64,000 nucleotides of DNA from the NCBI GenBank assembly GCA_003599055.1, contig QZIM01000023.1, positions 24,346 to 88,345 of the forward strand, in the 5' to 3' direction. Positions within the stretch are counted from its first letter, which is position 1. Every line of letters begins with the position of its first letter. The position numbers and the translations under genes are program-made. The notes beneath the pieces are model-generated. The model was not told the origin of the DNA and searched no databases. It saw nothing but the letters and a program-made list of their open reading frames with translations. This DNA is from Candidatus Woesearchaeota archaeon (GTDB lineage Archaea; Nanobdellota; Nanobdellia; Woesearchaeales; ARS49). Positions 57,883-64,000 of the stretch are shown in pieces.

Positions 57883-58416
57883 ATGTTCGAGATAACAACG
57901 GTGAAGGCACAAAGATTAAAACTTGGCTTAACGCAGCACAAGCTTGCCAAGCTTGCGGGTGTTTCGCAGAGTCTGCTTGCAAAACTCGAGGCCGGCCGAA
58001 TTGACCCCGCATACAGTTCGGTAAGGAAAATCGAGCAGGCGTTGCAGGCGGCAACGGGCGCTCAGGAGCCGATAGCGCGTGATTTGATGGTGAGAAAAGT
58101 GTGCGTGGCATCGCCGGGTGATGATGCGCGCAGCGTTGCGTTGCTTTTGAGAAAGCACGCAATCAGCCAGGTTCCGGTGATAAAGGATGGTTGTGTTCTT
58201 GGGATGGTCACGGAGTCGGGCTTGCTTGATGAGGACCGTTTGGACAACAAGGCCGCAAAAGACGTGATGTCTCCCGCTCCTCCGCAATTGCCCGAGGATG
58301 CGCGAAGGTCACTCATAATCAGCTTGCTGCACCAATACCCGTGTGTGCTCGTGCAAAAGGACGGGAAGTTGGCCGGGCTCATAACAAAGGCGGATGTGGT
58401 AAAGGCATTGATTTAG
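57883..58416 (+). CDS. XRE-type HTH + CBS-pair transcriptional regulator
   Basis: RLKLGLTQHKLAKLAGVSQSLLAKLEAG (HTH_3), followed by two CBS motifs. TATA TATTTTTATA lies 21-32 nt upstream of ATG 57883. Confidence 0.75.
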   Translation: MFEITTVKAQRLKLGLTQHKLAKLAGVSQSLLAKLEAGRIDPAYSSVRKIEQALQAATGAQEPIARDLMVRKVCVASPGDDARSVALLLRKHAISQVPVIKDGCVLGMVTESGLLDEDRLDNKAAKDVMSPAPPQLPEDARRSLIISLLHQYPCVLVQKDGKLAGLITKADVVKALI

Positions 58417-59459
58417 AACTCATCGAGGCTCTTGTGCTTGAGCATAGTGGTGGTTCCGTCTTTTCCGCCGATGATTTTTTTGGTTTCAATAAATCCGCCT
58501 GCATTGAGTTCTTCAACTCTGCGTTGGAACGTCTTGTACGTGCCTGAGCCGCCGATGTCTTGGTATTGTTTGAAGAGGTCGCCCATTTTGCCGCTTTGTG
58601 TTTTGACAAGTTCGAGGATGAGTTTTGCTTCGGGGGAGAGGGCTTCTTCGGGCTTGATGCTGAAGTCGGTGAGTTTTGCGAGTGCGCGGTTTGCGTGTTC
58701 GGTGGTGATTTTGCGTGCGTCCTGTTCTTCTGCGGCAAGTCCTGCTTCGCGAAGGAGGTAAAGGCCTAATCGCAGGTCTCCTTTTTGCGCGGTTTTTTGG
58801 GCGATGATGTCAAAAGTTGCGTCTTCAAGGGCGCCCGAGTGGAATGCGTATTCTGCGCGTGAGCGAAGGATTCCCGCGATTTCCTGGGTGGTATATGCGG
58901 TAAAGTCGATGCGTTCGGGAAGGAGGCGTGATTTGATGCGCGCATCGACCGTGGCGTACCATTGGGGATGGTTGGTGATGAGGAGGATGGTTTTTTTGTA
59001 AATTTCGGTGAAGATGTGGTAGAGGAAGTCGCAGTCTTCGACCTTGTCAATTTCGTCGAAGGCGAATACTGCTGCTTTTTTGTTGACGATGTTTGCGATG
59101 ATTTTGAACAGGTCTTCGGTGTTTTTGTTTTGGACGAACTTGTATCCGAGTTGTTCGCAAAGTTCGATGAAGATTTTGTACGTGGTGTTTTTTTGCCAGC
59201 AGTTCACATACAATATGGCAGTGTCGGGCGCGCTTGCGTCTGGGTGTTCTTCAAGTTCTTTTAATACCAGCTTTACTGCGGCGGTTTTGCCGATTCCGGG
59301 GGCGCCGGAGATGATGCAGTTGCGCCCGTTTCGCCCTTGGAGGAGTGGCTTGATGCACGCGGCGATTTGGTGGTGCTGGGTTTCCCGATAGGGGAGGTTC
59401 TTGGGCAGCCATTCCGTGTCGAGCGCGTCCTCGTTTTTGAATATGCGGCTTTCAGCCAT
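58413..59459 (-). CDS. cdc6: Orc1/Cdc6 replication initiator
   Basis: LPYRETQHHQIA.., Walker A GAPGIGKTA, Walker B VFAFDEID, and a C-terminal winged helix (..TFQRRVEELNAGGFIETKK..). Confidence 0.9.
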   Translation of the reverse strand: MAESRIFKNEDALDTEWLPKNLPYRETQHHQIAACIKPLLQGRNGRNCIISGAPGIGKTAAVKLVLKELEEHPDASAPDTAILYVNCWQKNTTYKIFIELCEQLGYKFVQNKNTEDLFKIIANIVNKKAAVFAFDEIDKVEDCDFLYHIFTEIYKKTILLITNHPQWYATVDARIKSRLLPERIDFTAYTTQEIAGILRSRAEYAFHSGALEDATFDIIAQKTAQKGDLRLGLYLLREAGLAAEEQDARKITTEHANRALAKLTDFSIKPEEALSPEAKLILELVKTQSGKMGDLFKQYQDIGGSGTYKTFQRRVEELNAGGFIETKKIIGGKDGTTTMLKHKSLDEF

Positions 59460-59524
59460 ACGGTTTTCTCGCCCAAAGCGGTTTAATAAGATTGTGGTGG
59501 TGAATCAGAAGAGTTTACGAAAAG

Positions 59525-60103
59525 TTACCGCACGTTTACTGTCTCGCCTATTTGTTTTGTCTGTCCGTTCCAGTTGACGATGCCGACGAATCGTTGCGGG
59601 CCGATTTTGCCTTGCGCAAGGCCCTTGTCGTTGACCCAGCGTTCTTTGGCAGGGTCGTACGTGAATTGGTTTGAGGGCAGTATGCCGGGAACGTTTGCCG
59701 TGCCGAAGAGGTCGAATGTTCCGTCTGAGTGGATGACGGTAAGGAAGATGGTGACGTCAAATGCTGATGTGAGCGGGGGCGAGCCTGCGCGCGCTTGTGC
59801 GGCAAGGATGCGGTATTCTAAGGGAGTATTGAGCCGTGCTGAGCCGCCGACATCGTTTGCGCCGTATGCGTAAATGTCAAGGTCGACTGCGCCGAGTTCG
59901 GGAATTGCGGGCTTATCGGCAATTTGCGGCGTTTGGGCTGGTTGCGCAATGCGTTCTGCAAGGACTGCAGGGATGGGTGGTGAGGGGGAAGGGTCCGGAT
60001 GGGGAGGGATGATGAGCGGTTCAGGAGTTTGAAGTCGTGGCGCCTGCGGTTGAGCGCACCCGGCAAGGAAGAGAACTGCAAGGATGATGAGCGCGTTTTT
60101 CAT
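59525..60103 (-). CDS. lipobox-bearing secreted hypothetical protein
   Basis: MKNALIILAVLFLAGCAQPQ, a P-rich linker, and a beta-rich C-terminal domain. Confidence 0.5.
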   Translation of the reverse strand: MKNALIILAVLFLAGCAQPQAPRLQTPEPLIIPPHPDPSPSPPIPAVLAERIAQPAQTPQIADKPAIPELGAVDLDIYAYGANDVGGSARLNTPLEYRILAAQARAGSPPLTSAFDVTIFLTVIHSDGTFDLFGTANVPGILPSNQFTYDPAKERWVNDKGLAQGKIGPQRFVGIVNWNGQTKQIGETVNVR

Positions 60104-60145
60104 ACGGAACGTGTTGGCGTATTGGCTTAAAAAAGTAGTGTACGG

Positions 60146-60445
60146 TTATCTGTTCAGGTGGCGAAGCGGCGTTCCGCACAACCTGCAATAGTTGTCTGTC
60201 GCGTGCGCTGTGCTCATACAGCGCGGGCAGCGAAGGATTCGTTGTTGCGCGTGTGTGGGTCTTGCTGTTTTTGTCTCTTCTTTTGGTGCTCGTTCGGTGA
60301 AGACAAACCGGTGAATGAGTTTAATTACGCCAATCAGGATGAACGCAAGACCTATCCAGATGAACAGGGTGAGTTCAGCGCGGGAGCTGACAAGAGTCAC
60401 TATCAGTCCTATTCCTATCCAGATGCTCCAATGGATTTTTGTCAT
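60146..60445 (-). CDS. small membrane protein with C-terminal zinc ribbon
   Basis: ATG 60445 is preceded by AAGAGGAAAG. Two TM helices, then CPRC..(12)..CRLC. Confidence 0.5.
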   Translation of the reverse strand: MTKIHWSIWIGIGLIVTLVSSRAELTLFIWIGLAFILIGVIKLIHRFVFTERAPKEETKTARPTHAQQRILRCPRCMSTAHATDNYCRLCGTPLRHLNR

Positions 60446-60461
60446 TTCTTTCCTCTTTTTA

Positions 60462-60498
60462 CCGACTGCCAACGACTAACCACCAACTACAAACTGCC
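60462..60498 (+). repeat. phased heptanucleotide array (CCAAC-type half only)
   Basis: ccgactg/ccaacga/ctaacca/ccaacta/caaactg/cc. Contains the TAG stop (cta 60487-60489) and the last codons of serS. Confidence 0.7.
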
Positions 60499-61770
60499 TG
60501 CTTTCGTGAGCCTATCAAATCCCGTGTACTTCTGCAACACCTTGGGAATGAACACTGTTCCGTCTGCTTGTTGGAAGTTTTCAATGATGGCAACAAGTGC
60601 GCGCGTGGTGGCAACGCAGGTGCTGTTCAGCGTGTGTATCCACAGTCGTTCGGTTCCTTTTTGATAGCGGATGTTTGAGCGGACCGCTTGGTAGCTTGTG
60701 CAGTTTGAGCACGAGACGACCTCTCGGTACGCGTTTTGGACAGGATACCATACTTCGATGTCGTATTTTTTGGCGGCGACGATGCCTAAGTCGCCCGTGC
60801 AGATGTTGACGACACGAAAGGGAAGCCCTAAGCTTTCAAAAAAGTCCGTGCTGTTTTTGAGGAGTTCTTCGTGGAATTTCCAGCTCTCGTCAGGTGTGCA
60901 GAAGACAATCTGCTCAACTTTGTTGAACTGGTGGACGCGGAAGATGCCTTTTTGGTCTTTGCCGTGCGCGCCTGCTTCTTTGCGGTAGCAGGGTGAGTAG
61001 CCAACCATTTTGATGGGGAGTTTTTTCTCATCAAGGACTTCATCGCGGTGTATTGCGGTAAGCGGGTGTTCGGACGTGGCGATGGGGTAGAGGTCTTCGC
61101 CGTCTATTTTGTACAGGCTTTCTGCAAAGTCGCCAAGGGAGGTGACTCCTTCGTATGCGTTGCGGGATATCATATGGGGAGGAATCACTGGGACAAATCC
61201 GCGTTTGCGCATAAAATCCATTGCGTGCTGAACAAGTGCCATTTCCAAAACCGCAAGGTCTCCTTTTAAGAAGTACCAGCGTGCGCCGGAGATTTTGGCT
61301 GCGCGTTCAAGGTCTGCCCAGCCGTTTTCCGTGATTAAGTCAACGTGGCTTTTTGGTGTAAATGAGAAAGTGGGCTTTTTGCCGACTTCCGCAATGGTAA
61401 CATTTTCAGTATCGTCTTTGCCGTACGGGACTGAGTCGTGCATAAGGTTGGGTAGCTGAAGGAGGCACGTCCTGATGTTGGTTTCAAGCTCGGTAAGCTG
61501 TCCCTCTGCTTCTGCGATGATTTTGGGAAGTTCAGCGGCTTCGGAGATGAGCGAGCTTGCGTCTTTGCCTCCTTTTTTGGCCGTGTTGATTTCCGCACTG
61601 ACTTTGTTGCGGCGCGCGCGGGCGTTGTCGATTTTGCCTTTGAGCGAACGCCATTTTTCGTCAAGTTGCAGGACGGTATCAAGAAAGACAAGGTATTCGG
61701 GTACTTTGCGCCGCGCGATGTTTTGGCGGACAACTTCAGGGTGTGAGCGGATGTACGTGATGTCAAGCAT
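60487..61770 (-). CDS. serS: seryl-tRNA synthetase
   Basis: N-terminal coiled-coil arm MLDITYIRSHPEVV..; motif 2 FRVHQFNKVEQ; 427 aa. Confidence 0.95.
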   Translation of the reverse strand: MLDITYIRSHPEVVRQNIARRKVPEYLVFLDTVLQLDEKWRSLKGKIDNARARRNKVSAEINTAKKGGKDASSLISEAAELPKIIAEAEGQLTELETNIRTCLLQLPNLMHDSVPYGKDDTENVTIAEVGKKPTFSFTPKSHVDLITENGWADLERAAKISGARWYFLKGDLAVLEMALVQHAMDFMRKRGFVPVIPPHMISRNAYEGVTSLGDFAESLYKIDGEDLYPIATSEHPLTAIHRDEVLDEKKLPIKMVGYSPCYRKEAGAHGKDQKGIFRVHQFNKVEQIVFCTPDESWKFHEELLKNSTDFFESLGLPFRVVNICTGDLGIVAAKKYDIEVWYPVQNAYREVVSCSNCTSYQAVRSNIRYQKGTERLWIHTLNSTCVATTRALVAIIENFQQADGTVFIPKVLQKYTGFDRLTKAGSL

Positions 61771-61802
61771 ACAAACGGCAGCGTTGTTTTCGGATTATAA
61801 AT

Positions 61803-63755
61803 TTACCGTATGAAAAGTGCAAGTATCGCGCCTGCTGCGCGTTTGTACCAGGGGACGCCAAGGACGCGTGCGGGAATTTCTGTTTCCCGTTCAAATTTCT
61901 CGCCAAAGGTGTCGTGATAGGTAAGGGTAATGGTGATGGTCGGCTCTTCCTGCCAAAGCTGGCTGGTGGGGACGGTGATGGTGACTTCCTGTTGCGCGTC
62001 AAGGTTTCCGAGAGGGACTGTTGCTTGTGCGCCGACTGCGGAAAGGGTTGCGGTGAGGTTTTGCGGGATGCTGAGGCTTTCGCGGGTGAGGAGGAAGGTG
62101 ACGGGAAGTGTTTCACCGTAGGCCGCAGTTGAAAGTGATGCGGGGGCAATGCTGATTTCAGGGTTGTCAAGGCGGACAAGGGTGAGTGTTGCGCGGGCGG
62201 TTTCTTCGCGGAAGGTTGCGTTAAAGCTGACGGGGTAGGTTCCGCTGCGCGGGGCGGTAAGGGCGTAGGGGACTGTTTTGCGTTCAAGCGGCCCTAAGAG
62301 GATGTCCTGGCAGGCAGTGTGGCAGGCGGTTACGGCAATGGTTTGGTTTTGGGTGTTGGTGATGACGCAGTGTGCTTTTCCTTGGCTGGTGGTGATGCGG
62401 TCGTTTTCAAGGGTGCAGGAGATGCGAATGGTTCGGTTGTCGGAAAGTGCAAGTTCTTCTTTGCTCGTCTCAATGTCTGCCGCGCTGTAAGCCACGTCAT
62501 AGCGTGCGGTGTGGAAGATTGTTTCTGCGGTTTGGTTGTCAATGGTGTAAAGGTGGATGGGGAGTTCATATTGGAATTTGGGGTCGAGGTTGTCGTTTAC
62601 TTTGACGTGCCAAAAGGCGCGCGCAGTGCTTTTGGGTGCAATGAGCAGGTGTTGGGTGTCGCTGCCGATGATGGTCATGTCGCGGACGCGTGCAAGGGTG
62701 AATTCGGTGCTGTAGTATTGGTTGGTTGGGTTTTCTGCGGTGAGTACGATAAGGTTGTGGCTGCCGAATCCGACGCGCGGGCGGTGTGCGTTTGCGCGAA
62801 GGCGCAAGGGGAACTGAATTTTGCCGTTGGTGTTTTTGAGTGCTGCGCTGATGGTAAGGTCGTGTGCGGTAATTCGGGCGTCGCGTGCGTTCCATTCGTA
62901 TATGCTGGTGGGTTCTTGGGGGTCTTTGCTTTCTTTGAGTGCGATGTGTGAGGGGTCAACCCAGCCGTATTCGCCGAATGTGGGGTCAAAGGGGAGCCAG
63001 CCGATTCCGGGGAAGTAGACTTCTGCCCAGCCGTGTGCGCCCCATCCTTGGGGGAATTGGGGGCTTGCCGTGTAGGCAACGCCGCTGACGAACCGGGCAG
63101 GGATTCCAAGGCTGCGTAGGAGGGCGATGAAAAGGGAGGTGATTTCGTCGCAAACGCCGTATTTGTTTTCAAGGACCCAGCTTGCAGGCTGGCTGACTTC
63201 TGCGGTGAGTGTGCTAAGGTTATAGTGTACGTTTGTTTTCACCCAGTATGCGGTTGCGCTGACAAGGGAGAAGAGGTCGTCGTGCCCGCGGGCAAGGTAT
63301 TGTGCTTGTCCGATGATTGCGGGATGTGTGCTGTCAATGTGGGGTGTCGGGAGCGTGTATGCGTGGAGTTCTTTGGGAAAGGTTGTGGGCCAGGGGATTG
63401 CGGCAAGGACGGGCTTGCGTGAGCCGGTGGTTTCAACGGTGGCTTGGTAGCTGAAGGGGACCGTGCCAAGGGCGGGCTTGTTCCAAGTGTAAGAAATACG
63501 GTCGTGGGTTGTTGTGGCGGGCGGGGTCGATTGGAGTTCCCGAATGGCGCTGCGTTCGCTGTTGCGGGGGATGAAGAGGATGTCTGCGCGGAGGTTTTCA
63601 ACGTACGGGTTTGGTCCGTTTTGTTCAATGGTAATAGCTGAGCTGATGTTGAGTTCAGTGGTTGCGCGTTCTGCGCTGAACCAGTCTATGGGCTGTGCCG
63701 CAGCACCAAGGGCAGCCAAACCAAAGACCAGGAGCCAAAGACCAAAGACTCTCAT
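61803..63755 (-). CDS. secreted transglutaminase-like (cysteine protease fold) protein with Ig/CARDB-like C-terminal repeats
   Basis: Signal peptide. Catalytic Cys context YGVCDEITSLFIALLRSLGIPAR; His/Asp context GWGAHGWAEVYFPGIGWLPFDPT. Confidence 0.75.
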   Translation of the reverse strand: MRVFGLWLLVFGLAALGAAAQPIDWFSAERATTELNISSAITIEQNGPNPYVENLRADILFIPRNSERSAIRELQSTPPATTTHDRISYTWNKPALGTVPFSYQATVETTGSRKPVLAAIPWPTTFPKELHAYTLPTPHIDSTHPAIIGQAQYLARGHDDLFSLVSATAYWVKTNVHYNLSTLTAEVSQPASWVLENKYGVCDEITSLFIALLRSLGIPARFVSGVAYTASPQFPQGWGAHGWAEVYFPGIGWLPFDPTFGEYGWVDPSHIALKESKDPQEPTSIYEWNARDARITAHDLTISAALKNTNGKIQFPLRLRANAHRPRVGFGSHNLIVLTAENPTNQYYSTEFTLARVRDMTIIGSDTQHLLIAPKSTARAFWHVKVNDNLDPKFQYELPIHLYTIDNQTAETIFHTARYDVAYSAADIETSKEELALSDNRTIRISCTLENDRITTSQGKAHCVITNTQNQTIAVTACHTACQDILLGPLERKTVPYALTAPRSGTYPVSFNATFREETARATLTLVRLDNPEISIAPASLSTAAYGETLPVTFLLTRESLSIPQNLTATLSAVGAQATVPLGNLDAQQEVTITVPTSQLWQEEPTITITLTYHDTFGEKFERETEIPARVLGVPWYKRAAGAILALFIR

Positions 63756-64000
63756 AGAATCACCGTTCCCTGGAAGTTTTTGCCGGTGAGGAGTTTTTTG
63801 AGGTTGGGAGTGTCTTTGCCGTTTGTGATGATGACGGAAAGTTTGAGTTGTTCTGCTGCTTTGCTTGCAACAGGGTCAAAGGGTGCGTGAACGCCTGATT
63901 CCCATCGGTTGCCGATAATGCGCCGATAATGTGCCCACGTAAGTTCAGGAAGGGGTTTTGCGCCGGGAAGGCGCGGGTCTTTTGTGTAAACGTATGAAAT
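63752..64000 (-). CDS. pyrH: 3' end of an amino-acid-kinase-family gene, most likely UMP kinase
   Basis: Hand translation of the open minus frame: ...YVYTKDPRLPGAKPLPELTWAHYRRIIGNRWESGVHAPFDPVASKAAEQLKLSVIITNGKDTPNLKKLLTGKNFQGTVIL*. The C-terminal pattern V..NG..P.NL.K.L.G...GT.I is typical of archaeal PyrH. The stop overlaps the next start (ATGA). Confidence 0.5.
   Translation of the reverse strand: MSYVYTKDPRLPGAKPLPELTWAHYRRIIGNRWESGVHAPFDPVASKAAEQLKLSVIITNGKDTPNLKKLLTGKNFQGTVIL

Noticed and set aside
13191-60498. Heptad arrays as CRISPR arrays, or as Fur-box-like (GATAAT hexamer) operator arrays
   Set aside because: The period is 7 nt with no unique spacers and no cas genes, so they are not CRISPR. 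The unit is a heptamer (CTGATAA), not the hexameric NATWAT Fur unit. The arrays sit mostly at gene 3' ends rather than at promoters.

Overview
The window is an archaeal chromosomal segment. Evidence: Orc1/Cdc6, an AglB/STT3 oligosaccharyltransferase, a FlaI/FlaJ-type filament ATPase and platform pair, tRNA introns with bulge-helix-bulge (BHB) motifs, TTTAAA-type TATA boxes about 25 nt upstream of RNA genes, and GGAGGTGA-type ribosome-binding sites. A small-genome, DPANN-like lineage is my inference only.

Housekeeping genes I recognise by motif:
- gatCAB
- a bacterial-type (about 590 aa) aspS, plus glyS and serS
- herA-like and mre11
- a DHH phosphoesterase, a PhoU-like regulator, a Nudix hydrolase, folB and translin
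- an OB-fold protein
- a GTPase / small protein / Zn-ribbon triad
- a partial pyrH-like gene
- three tRNAs

About half the window has no recognisable function:
- A co-directional envelope island (2.6-14.7 kb) encodes S-layer-like and Ig-domain proteins, two lipobox coiled-coil proteins and a beta-strand-rich secreted protein. It lies divergent from a Ser/Thr kinase.
- A filament locus (38.6-46.9 kb) is preceded by four paralogous 4-TM proteins.
- Two paralogous pairs of large coiled-coil genes.

Most unusual observations:
1. At least 13 intergenic spacers are built from phased 7-nt units (CTGAnAA drifting to CCAAcnA). All are in the same orientation on the + strand, whatever the strand of the flanking genes.
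2. A long-variable-arm tRNA carries a Phe anticodon (GAA) and a T-loop BHB intron, in addition to a canonical intron-containing tRNA-Phe.
3. A palindromic motif lies upstream of the TATA box of four minus-strand operons.
4. LAGLIDADG ORFs abut tRNA genes.

Limits: no homology search or folding program was run. All calls rest on motif recognition, and hand-indexed coordinates may be off by 1-2 nt.
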